The translations under genes were made by a program, and so were the position numbers. From Octopus bimaculoides (taxonomy: Eukaryota), in contig NC_068985.1 in assembly GCF_001194135.2 (NCBI RefSeq), positions 85,401,739 to 85,465,738 of the forward strand: 64,000 nt of DNA. Reading direction: 5' to 3'. Shown here piece after piece: positions 53,796 to 64,000 of the stretch; position 1 is the stretch's first letter, and every line of letters begins with the position of its first letter. The notes under the pieces were generated by a model. That model saw only the letters and a program-made list of their open reading frames with translations, did not search any database and had not been told where the DNA came from.

Positions 53796-54419
53796 TTCAA
53801 GGTTTGAATATGGTACTTATGCGAAGGCACCCGAATATCGCATCCCAAAAGGATGGGTGATTAAAAATCAAACNNNNNNNNNNNNNNNNNNNNNNNNNNN
53901 NNNNNNNNNNNNNNNNNNNNNNNNNNNNNNNNNNNNNNNNNNNNNNNNNNNNNNNNNNNNNNNNNNNNNNNNNNNNNNNNNNNNNNNNNNNNNNNNNNNN
54001 NNNNNNNNNNNNNNNNNNNNNNNNNNNNNNNNNNNNNNNNNNNNNNNNNNNNNNNNNNNNNNNNNNNNNNNNNNNNNNNNNNNNNNNNNNNNNNNNNNNN
54101 NNNNNNNNNNNNNNNNNNNNNNNNNNNNNNNNNNNNNNNNNNNNNNNNNNNNNNNNNNNNNNNNNNNNNNNNNNNNNNNNNNNNNNNNNNNNNNNNNNNN
54201 NNNNNNNNNNNNNNNNNNNNNNNNNNNNNNNNNNNNNNNNNNNNNNNNNNNNNNNNNNNNNNNNNNNNNNNNNNNNNNNNNNNNNNNNNNNNNNNNNNNN
54301 NNNNNNNNNNNNNNNNNNNNNNNNNNNNNNNNNNNNNNNNNNNNNNNNNNNNNNNNNNNNNNNNNNNNNNNNNNNNNACATGCATATGTATACATATATA
54401 TGTAAATATATTTGTGTGA

Positions 54420-54468
<49 letters not shown>

Positions 54469-54490
54469 TATACATATGTATATGTATATA

Positions 54491-55934
54491 TCATCATCAC
54501 CATCATTGTCGTTTAATGTCTGCTTTCCATGCTGGCATGGGTTGGACGGTTTGATTGGGGTCTGGCAAACCAAATGGCTGTACCAGGATGCAATCCACTC
54601 GGGCACAGTTTCTACAGCTGGACACCCTTCCTAATGCCAACCACTCCAAGAGTGTAGTGAGTGCTTATTACATGCCACCGGCACGAGGGACAGCCAGGCA
54701 GTGCTGGCATCAACCACACTTGAGTGGTGCTTTTTTACATGTCACCAGCATGGGAGCCAGTCAGGCAGCACTGGCAACGACCATGCTTGAATGGTGCTTT
54801 TTTGTGCCACTGGCACAAGTGACAATCAGGCGTTAGTGTCATCGGTCACGACAATGATTTCACTTGCCTCAACAGGTCTTCACAAGTGTAGTTTATTGCC
54901 CAATGATTGAAGGGTACTCTTAAATGGGCTGGTTATACTGCACTGGCATATGCCATGGTTATGGTCCCACTTGGTTTGCCGGGTCTTCTCAAGCACAGCA
55001 TATCTCCAAAGGTCTCAGTCATTGCCTTGGTGAGGCCCAATGTTTGAAGGTCGTGCTTCACCACTTCCCAGGTCTTCCTGGGTTTACCTCTTCCACAGGT
55101 TCCCTCTACTACTAGGGTGTGACACTTCTTCACTCAACACTCCTCATCCATACGCAACACATGACCATACCAGTGCACTCATCTCTTTTGTACACCACAT
55201 CTGATGCTTCTTAGCTCCAACATTTTTCTCAAGGTATTTACACTCTGTTGAGTATGCACATTGATATTACACATCCAGCAGAGCATACTGGCTTCATTCC
55301 TTGCAAGCTTACACATGTCCTCAGCAGTCATGGCCCATGTTTCACTGCCATGTAGCATGGCTGTTCGCATACATGTGTCATACAGTCTACCTTTTACTCT
55401 GAGTGAGAGGCCCTTTGTCACCAGCAGAGGTAGGAGCTCTCTGAACTTTGCCCAGGTTATTCGTATTCTAGCAGCTACTCTTTCAGAGCATCCATCCCTG
55501 CTACTGATTTATTGCTCCCGAGCATTTACCACATACAAAAACTATCTTCCCAGTTAGCCTTCTTTTGATATTGCTGCACCTCTTATGTGTCCATAGCTTA
55601 CACTGGGTACATGTTATTGAGTTTCTACCTATGCCTTTTCTATAGATCAAGCAGGGCCATCTACCTGAAGGGATCTGTGGCTTGTCTGCTTTCCTACTTA
55701 TTAAGACTTTGGTGTTTGCTAGGTTGACTCTAAGGCCCTTTGATTCTAGACCTTGCTTCCACACCTGAAACTTCTCTTTTAGTTCTGATAGTAACCGAGC
55801 TATTAGAGCAAGGCCATAGAGGAGCTCCCAGGGGCATTCTCCTCTGAATTGCCTGGAGGACTATGATGAATAAGAGGGGGCTAAGGAATGATCCTTGGTG
55901 GACCTCTACCCCTACCCAGAATTCTTCACTGTAC
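54491..55934 (-). mobile_element. RTE-clade LINE, same family, 5'-truncated
   Basis: ORFs 55501-55764, 55179-55421 and 54933-55133 match the 38-39 kb copy (WKQGLESKGLRVN, WPCLIYRKGIGRNSITCTQCKLWTHKRC, LHGSETWA). The 3'UTR ends in (GAT)n at 54491. Confidence 0.9.
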
Positions 55935-56974
55935 CTGGCACGAAGCCACCTTCCTCAATACTGCATCCCTTCTCTGTGAAGGAGTCTTGGTAACCTCACT
56001 AGTGCTGGTGCCATAAAAAGTGCATCCAGTGCATTCTGTAAAGTGGTTGGTATTAGGAAGGTCATCCAGCCATAGAAACCTTGCCAAAGCAGACACAGGA
56101 GACTAACACAGACCTCAGGCTTATTGAATCCTTTCAGACTGTCATGCCAGCATGGAGCATGGATGCTAAACAACAATGATGATGACACACACACTTACAA
56201 GTATAATTACAAACCAGGACGCACATGTACATTCTCTCCCCCATATATATATATATANNNNNNNNNNNNNNNNNNNNNNNNNNNNNNNNNNNNNNNNNNN
56301 NNNNNNNNNNNNNNNNNNNNNNNNNNNNNNNNNNNNNNNNNNNNNNNNNNNNNNNNNNNNNNNNNNNNNNNNNNNNNNNNNNNNNNNNNNNNNNNNNNNN
56401 NNNNNNNNNNNNNNNNNNNNNNNNNNNNNNNNNNNNNNNNNNNNNNNNNNNNNNNNNNNNNNNNNNNNNNNNNNNNNNNNNNNNNNNNNNNNNNNNNNNN
56501 NNNNNNNNNNNNNNNNNNNNNNNNNNNNNNNNNNNNNNNNNNNNNNNNNNNNNNNNNNNNNNNNNNNNNNNNNNNNNNNNNNNATATATATACACACACA
56601 TTGTATTTATATAAATATATTTCTCTATGTCAAATGTTGAAAATAAAAAGGTAGAAAGAATTTTTTTTTCTTAGAAAAAGCATACCCAAACTAGTCACAA
56701 AAAAGATATAAAAAATATTGATTCACTTTGGAGATTTTTCTTTAGCTAGAATAAGCCAGAGAACTTGAATAATTTGGACATATAATCAATGTTTAGATTG
56801 GTATTCAGTTTTTGGGTATTGAACATACTTAGATGTATAGCTTTACAGCAAGGAAGTGGGTATATGTCTACATGTGAATGCCAGGATGTAAGTGTGTGTA
56901 TGTGAGCATATACAAACACTCACTGATTCACATACGTCTAAAGAAATGAAGATGTGCACACACACACGCACACA

Positions 56975-57052
56975 CATATATGTATACACACACACACATA
57001 TATGATGCATGTGTTTGTGTATGCATCTCTCTCTCTTTCTCTCTCTACATAA

Positions 57053-57083
<31 letters not shown>

Positions 57084-57262
57084 CACACACACACATATGA
57101 TGCATGTGTTTGTGTATGCATTTCTCTCTCTTTCTCTCTCTACATAAATACACACACACACACACACACACATATATGTATATACACACACACACATATG
57201 ATGCATGTGTTTGTGTATGTATCTCTCTCTTTTCCTCTCTCTATATAAATACACACACACAT
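56975..57262. repeat. Compound minisatellite, about 75-bp unit, about 3.5 copies
   Basis: The unit (ca)n-tatatgtata-(ca)n-tatgatgcatgtgtttgtgtatgcat-(ct)n-acataaata repeats with variable microsatellite lengths. Confidence 0.9.
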
Positions 57263-58288
57263 ATTTGTTTCATAAGATTCTTGAGGTAAACCTGTATATT
57301 GAAACAAATATTGCTGTATTTAGGGTGAGCCATTTTTGCCAATAGTAAAACCACATGAGCTGATTGTAGTTCACTTTATTTATTAATTGATTGATTTACC
57401 AAAGACTTTCATTTCACATCTATAAACTTTTAATTAGTTCTCAAGTCTTGTTTAAAATAGGCATGAATTCAAGAACAAGCATTAATAAAATATGATTACT
57501 AAGAGAAAAATTTATGTACTTCTAATGTATTTTTTAGTTTTTATCCTGGCTACCAACGAGTACAAATCTGAGTATTCCAATTTTCTATTATGAATATCTG
57601 CATCTTTTTGTATGAAACAAATTGTATAGCAACATGAATAGTAAAAAGTATAATTCCTTTTAACATCTAATCTCCTCCATTACATAGATATGAATGAATT
57701 TGTTGAACTGTGTTTAATAAGTTAAATGATATACTGATTATTTCTATATAAGTTTTCATACCTATACAAATTTACACAAATTCAAAAGTAAAAAATGAAG
57801 AAACAATGTTAGAAATCTTTGAAAATTACTCCAATTAAATGACAAACTAATATTCATCCAAAAAATATATATAAAAATATATATAATATATAAATTTATA
57901 TTATATCATTCATTCATTCATACATACATACATACATACATACATACATACATACATACATAAACACAGATATATACAGAGGTGGGCACAGTCCCGCTAA
58001 CCCACTAACCTTTCGTTTAGCAGATTAGCGTATTTAGCAGATTAGCATCTCTGCCAACTCTGGGCAAAATGATCTTGGCCAGTCATAAGCAATTGCAGGA
58101 GTATCTTACAAGACATTTATAAATTAAAATTGTACAAGACTATTAAATAATTATTATGGCATATTTCATATTTTCTTAATTCAATTTAATTATTTAATTA
58201 TTTATTGAATGATTATTTTCTTGATTAATGAAATAAAATGTATAATAGCTAATTGAAATAAATGTCATAATATATAATATACAGTATA

Positions 58289-58334
<46 letters not shown>

Positions 58335-59199
58335 CCACTAATGATTAAGTCTGCACAGCCAAAACAGCAGTCTTTAATGAAATGGCAAATAAATGAACCT
58401 TAAGTTCTCAACTTATCGAATTCCGACCATTATTCCATCCCTCATCTCGGTTATTCATCCCTCCTACCAAGGTAGTGTTAATATTTTCAAAAGTTTAATA
58501 ACAAGGCTTTAAATTATAAGGAATATTCCAATGAATTTAGAACAGCAAAGTAACAAATGTTAAACTCCAATCTGTGTGATTTCTATGAACAAAATATGCT
58601 TATAAGATACTGCGATCAAATGTCCTGCCTCTTTCCTACCTGTAACAAATTGTACAAACCACGTACTCAGAAAAACCATTGCAGCTTGCATGGAGATGTG
58701 GATGAGAGGCTAGTTGTTTTTCGTTTTTTTTTTTAGTAGGCTTTGATCATGTTCTGTATCAATTTATTTATAGTGATGGTTAATTATTTCCTTGTTGGTT
58801 ATAAATTGCTGCTAGCTACATTAATTATTTTTATAATTTTCACATTGCTATTTTGTATTTGTNNNNNNNNNNNNNNNNNNNNNNNNNNNNNNNNNNNNNN
58901 NNNNNNNNNNNNNNNNNNNNNNNNNNNNNNNNNNNNNNNNNNNNNNNNNNNNNNNNNNNNNNNNNNNNNNNNNNNNNNNNNNNNNNNNNNNNNNNNNNNN
59001 NNNNNNNNNNNNNNNNNNNNNNNNNNNNNNNACAATATTTTACGAGACATCTTATGATGTGGTTTATTTTTCCGGGATACCCTATTGAAATGGGCATAGG
59101 TTTGGCTTATTGTGGTTGTTTCTGTTATTATTATAATTGTTGCTGCAATAAAGTATCTTCAATGCATTGATTTTGAGCTCTATCCTTTAAGAGACATGT

Positions 59200-59230
<31 letters not shown>

Positions 59231-59711
59231 AATTTCACATTGTCATTATATGTGTGTGTGTGTATTTTTGTGTCTGTGTTTGTCTTCCACTACTGCCTGA
59301 CGACTGGTGCCAGTGTGTATAGATTCCTGCAACTCAGTTGTGTGGCAAAGGAGAATAATGGATAAGGGCCAGGCTTTAAAAAGAAGTCATGGGGGGTGGG
59401 CTTGATTCATTTGACTAAAATTCTTCAAGGCAGTGCCACAGCATGGCCATGGTCTAATGATTGAAACAAAACATAAAAGAAAGATACCTCATAAATTCTC
59501 TTATTAATTCTATATTAAATGCAACCCTATTCAGGCCAGTTGGAATGCTTTAATCTTTTTTTACAATAATTCCACTCATTAACATCCCTTCCTTCACTAC
59601 AGTTTCAAAAGCTTTACTTGGTAAAACTTCAAAGTAACTGTCACCTCACACACACACACACAAAGTAAAAACTAACAAAGAAACTCCAGAAGGATCTGGT
59701 GATGGTCTTAC

Positions 59712-59863
59712 ATTTGATATCCAGCCTTTTTTCTTTGCGCGTACTACCAATTGAATTTGTAGCTTCACATGTGATTGTGTTGTCATGGTACACATGAGAT
59801 ATGGACGGCAGATTCAAAACACTTGCTGTTTGTCGAGCTAAGTGTTTCCCATTACGATACCAT
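59712..59863 (-). CDS. kirre: Kirre/Neph-like Ig-CAM exon, C-terminal half of Ig domain 3
   Basis: Minus strand ttttttcag|A TGG TAT CGT... reads WYRNGKHLARQTASVLNLPSISHVYHDNTITCEATNSIGSTRKEKRLDIK and ends T|gtaag. Length 152 nt, phase 2 to phase 1. The Ig motifs W-Y-x-NG and ITCEATNSIG are present. Confidence 0.9.
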
Positions 59864-60639
59864 CTGAAAAAACAAATAAATAAAATTGAAATCATTTATC
59901 TGACAGCAATAATAAAATAATGATTTGAATCTTGTCAGAAGGCATCAACTTGACTTTAGTACCTGATGGCTATTTTAATTCATTGACCCCCACAAGGAAA
60001 GATGAAAGGCAAAGCTGAGTGGCTTTTATACTCAGAACTTGAAAAAACTGAGACTAAATAATGCAACATATTCTTTTTCTGATGCTCCATTGATTCTACA
60101 AATCCATGACCAATCATAAACAGTTAACTACTTAGATTGGCATTTTGGATTTTCTCTCCTGTGAAATTATAAAATGTGAAAGGTGGCAATTTTACTCTGT
60201 CAAATGAAATTCTTATTTATTCCCATTGTTACAAATTGATTGAGGCCTTATCTCATAGCTTCAAAATTTTGATGATGTGATGGTTTCTTTTTAGAACAAC
60301 AGTTGGGTCCATGTAAGAGGCCATATCTCGCCAGTTTGAACACAAAGCAGGTCAGATATTTGGACCTGATACAACCTGGTTAAATGCTAAATAATTAGAG
60401 AAAAAATTACTTAAGATAAAGCCTTCGTGAAAGATACTGGTGTATCTCAGGCAACATGGTCGTGGTCTAATACAGAGGTAGACACCATAGCAGGATGGTG
60501 AGAGGTGGGGTTGCTTTGCAAAGAGAAGTTATGTTGAGCTCGGAGGAAAGAATGAACAAGTAGAAGGAGGAGGTGCTACTTGGGGGGAGGAGTATAGCAG
60601 TTTATCAATGGGGAAACCAAGGGCCATCCATCTGTCTGT

Positions 60640-60850
60640 TAGTCCGTCTATCTATCCATCCATCAGTCCACCCATCGATCTATCTATCTGTCTGTCCATC
60701 TTTTTATCTATTTATCTATCTATATGTATGTCTGTCCGTCTGTCTTTTTATCTATCTATTTGTCTGTATATCTGTATGTCTGTCTGCCTATCTATCTATA
60801 TATCTATCTATCTATCTATCTGTCTGTCTGTCTATCAATCTATCTATATA
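60640..60850. repeat. (CTAT)n/(CTGT)n tetranucleotide array running into a gap
   Basis: Visible directly. A similar array lies at 62250-62358. Confidence 0.95.
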
Positions 60851-61589
60851 NNNNNNNNNNNNNNNNNNNNNNNNNNNNNNNNNNNNNNNNNNNNNNNNNN
60901 NNNNNNNNNNNNNNNNNNNNNNNNNNNNNNNNNNNNNNNNNNNNNNNNNNNNNNNNNNNNNNNNNNNNNNNNNNNNNNNNNNNNNNNNNNNNNNNNNNNN
61001 NNNNNNNNNNNNNNNNNNNNNNNNNNNNNNNNNNNNNNNNNNNNNNNNNNNNNNNNNNNNNNNNNNNNNNNNNNNNNNNNNNNNNNNNNNNNNNNNNNNN
61101 NNNNNNNNNNNNNNNNNNNNNNNNNNNNNNNNNNNNNNNNNNNNNNNNNNNNNNNNNNNNNNNNNNNNNNNNNNNNNNNNNNNNNNNNNNNNNNNNNNNN
61201 NNNNNNNNNNNNNNNNNNNNNNNNNNNNNNNNNNNNNNNNNNNNNNNNNNNNNNNNNNNNNNNNNNNNNNNNNNNNNNNNNNNNNNNNNNNNNNNNNNNN
61301 NNNNNNNNNNNNNNNNNNNNNNNNNNNNNNNNNNNNNNNNNNNNNNNNNNNNNNNNNNNNNNNNNNNNNNNNNNNNNNNNNNNNNNNNNNNNNNNNNNNN
61401 NNNNNNNNNNNNNNNNNNNNNNNNNNNNNNNNNNNNNNNNNNNNNNNNNNNNNNNNNNNNNNNNNNNNNNNNNNNNNNNNNNNNNNNNNNNNNNNNNNNN
61501 NNNNNNNNNNNNNNNNNNNNNNNNNNNNNNNNNNNNNNNNNNNNNNNNNNNNNNNNNNNNNNNNNNNNNNNNNNNNNNNNNNNNNNNNN
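60851..61589. other. Assembly gap (largest of about 11)
   Basis: N-run. Others: 13550-13677, 32281-32382, about 38025-38037, about 39870-40438, 47978-47987, 48721-48964, 53874-54378, 56258-56583, 58863-59031, 62359-62870. Confidence 0.98.
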
Positions 61590-61880
61590 ATTCAATTGAT
61601 AGAGGATTCGAGCTTACAAGTAGCTGTTGAAGGCAGAAAGCGAAGTTTCTACGTTTGTGGTAGCAAAACACATTTAAAAACCAACTGCCCACTAACTCAG
61701 AAACAACAGCAACAACAACCACAAGAAAACCAAAAACTGAGCAAAAGACCAGCACCACCACTACCCACATATGTACAAGTAATTAAGCAGCTCTACAAAC
61801 AAACGAAGGAACATGAGCAACCAATGTCATCTTCTTCATTGGACACAAAACTCGGCTTGCAAAACCTGTTGAGGCAAGCA
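61590..61880 (+). mobile_element. Gag-like ORF1 fragment with degenerate CCHC zinc knuckle
   Basis: VAVEGRKRSFYVCGSKTHLKTNCP fits (C>F)x2Cx4Hx4C and is followed by a Q/P-rich tract. The 5' part is lost in the N-gap. Confidence 0.6.
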
Positions 61881-61884
61881 AAAG

Positions 61885-62250
61885 CAAAATCGTGATGGTA
61901 CCTGTGCCCACCGTCGCCTTCCTGGCACTTGTGCCAGTGGCAGGTGTAAAGACATTCGAGCGAGATCATTGCCAGTGCCGCTGGACTGGCTCCTGTGCAG
62001 GTGGCACGTAAAATACACCATTGAGCGTGGCTGTTGCCAGTACCGCATGACTGGCCTTTGTGCCGGTGGCACATAAAAGCACCCACTACACTCTTGGAGT
62101 GGTTGACGTTAGGAAGAGCATCCAGCTGTAGAAATACTGCCAAATCAGATTGGAGCCTGGCGTAGCCATCCAGTTCACCAGTCTCCAGTCAAATCGTCCA
62201 ACCCATGCTAGCATGGGAAGCAGACGTTAAATGATGATGATGATGATGAT
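61885..62250 (+). mobile_element. RTE 3'UTR copy with three internal repeat units
   Basis: Highly similar to 23243-23591 and ends in (GAT)n. Confidence 0.85.
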
Positions 62251-62277
62251 TTATCTATCTATCTATCTATCTACCTC

Positions 62278-62313
<36 letters not shown>

Positions 62314-63796
62314 CCTCTCTATCTATCTACCTATTTATTTGTCTCTCTCTCTCTCTCTNNNNNNNNNNNNNNNNNNNNNNNNNNNNNNNNNNNNNNNNNN
62401 NNNNNNNNNNNNNNNNNNNNNNNNNNNNNNNNNNNNNNNNNNNNNNNNNNNNNNNNNNNNNNNNNNNNNNNNNNNNNNNNNNNNNNNNNNNNNNNNNNNN
62501 NNNNNNNNNNNNNNNNNNNNNNNNNNNNNNNNNNNNNNNNNNNNNNNNNNNNNNNNNNNNNNNNNNNNNNNNNNNNNNNNNNNNNNNNNNNNNNNNNNNN
62601 NNNNNNNNNNNNNNNNNNNNNNNNNNNNNNNNNNNNNNNNNNNNNNNNNNNNNNNNNNNNNNNNNNNNNNNNNNNNNNNNNNNNNNNNNNNNNNNNNNNN
62701 NNNNNNNNNNNNNNNNNNNNNNNNNNNNNNNNNNNNNNNNNNNNNNNNNNNNNNNNNNNNNNNNNNNNNNNNNNNNNNNNNNNNNNNNNNNNNNNNNNNN
62801 NNNNNNNNNNNNNNNNNNNNNNNNNNNNNNNNNNNNNNNNNNNNNNNNNNNNNNNNNNNNNNNNNNNNNNGGAACAACTTTCTGAATTTTCTCAAACATG
62901 GATTTCAAAAGACCTCCTCACTGATCATATAAATTATTTTTAAAATATTTTTTTTAAATATTTAAGAATATTTCAAACAATTTTTTTCTAGTTTTTCTTC
63001 ATTTTACAATTTTCTATTTTGTCAGTTTTCCATGATTTTCTCTTCATTGCTCTATTCTACCATCTTTCACCCTCAGCCCTTGGTTTCCCCATTGATAAAC
63101 TGCTACTCATCTCCCCCCAAGTATCAACTCCTTATCTTACCTGTTCATTTTTTCCTCCTAGCTCAACTTTATTTCTCTTCACATAGCACCCCTCCCCCAC
63201 CATCCTACTACAACGTCCCCCCCATCCTCGTCACATATCTCTGTACTAGACAGCCTTAGTGGTTGGTTCTCCACAATGAAAGAGAATGGTTATATATTAT
63301 ACATATGTCTCTTTTATCTGTGTGTGGTGGGGAAACACACACACACACACCATTTCTGACAGTCTCAGTGCTCTTGGATATTTTTCTTTTCATGGTGGCT
63401 TACCTTTGTTAACACTGAGATTTTTCTCTTGTTCTATTCATGCAGAGACATTACTATCAAGCTAAGTTTTAACAGCTGGATACACTTGCTAAAGCATTTA
63501 TATCTTAAGTTGGAATTGTCTTGGAATTATGTATCTTGGGCTGAAATTGTCTTGTTATCCGAATTGTAGTTTCCCAAAGAGCTGTCTACTACACTACACT
63601 AAGCTGATAAATTTCTTCTTTCAACCTAATAAAGATTGACACACCTATTTTAAAACCTTACCTTATTGTATACATGGTAAGTTTATATGATAACTTAATA
63701 CTCTAAACTTCATACAAATTACATTAACTATCTGAAACAAGGGACATCTAGAATATTGTAGTCCTAGATATACTTTGGCTGAAATAAAGTCAAGAT

Positions 63797-63954
63797 AGGT
63801 GCAGGCATGGCTGCAAAGTTAGAAGCTTGCTTCCCAACGACACGGTACTGGATTCAGTCCACCTGTGTGGTACCTTGGGCAAATGTCTTCTACTATAGCC
63901 TTGGGCTGACCAAAGCCTTGCGAGTGGATTTGGAAAACGGAAATTGAAAGATGC

Positions 63955-64000
<46 letters not shown>
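63797..64000 (+). mobile_element. 5' half of the microsatellite-containing SINE, cut by the window end
   Basis: Reverse complement of 21010-21176, running into (TA)n. Confidence 0.85.

Noticed and set aside
3627-57289. Many 60-140 aa ORFs rich in HT, YI, CV, RE or LS dipeptides
   Set aside because: They are translations of (CA)n, (TA)n and (GA)n microsatellites.
39822-62932. Long ORFs made of X runs (for example 60573-61895, 53797-54606, 62231-62932)
   Set aside because: They are artefacts of translating across N-gaps.
63398-63445. Minus-strand gtaagc donor as a candidate for the missing first half of Ig3
   Set aside because: The frame required for a phase-2 join contains TAA and has no Ig motif.
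475-63860. tRNA-like A/B boxes
   Set aside because: All are SINE heads without a full cloverleaf. No true tRNA or rRNA gene was recognised.

Overview
AT-rich, microsatellite-dense eukaryotic DNA with about 11 N-gaps. The SINE/LINE repertoire suggests an octopus genome (inference). The main gene is on the minus strand: a Kirre/Neph (KIRREL/IrreC-family) Ig-superfamily cell-adhesion gene. Five exons could be joined by hand with canonical AG/GT sites and consistent phases: Ig3 C-half, Ig4, Ig5, transmembrane and first cytoplasmic exon. The last two are not translated in the ORF track. The 5' exons and the terminal exon were not found. A candidate 21-nt in-frame microexon lies downstream. The rest is mostly transposon debris: two Penelope-like elements carrying three minimal hammerhead ribozyme motifs (one element is a fold-back with ~520-bp inverted arms around a GIY-YIG remnant), a near full-length R4/Dong-type LINE, RTE LINEs with a PHD-like finger inside the RT domain, Tc1, mariner and maT-like DNA transposons, and several SINE families. 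Two unique-sequence stretches tentatively read as decayed LRR/TLR-like genes. No prokaryotic features or CRISPR arrays were seen. All alignments and family assignments were made by eye and from memory, not by database search.
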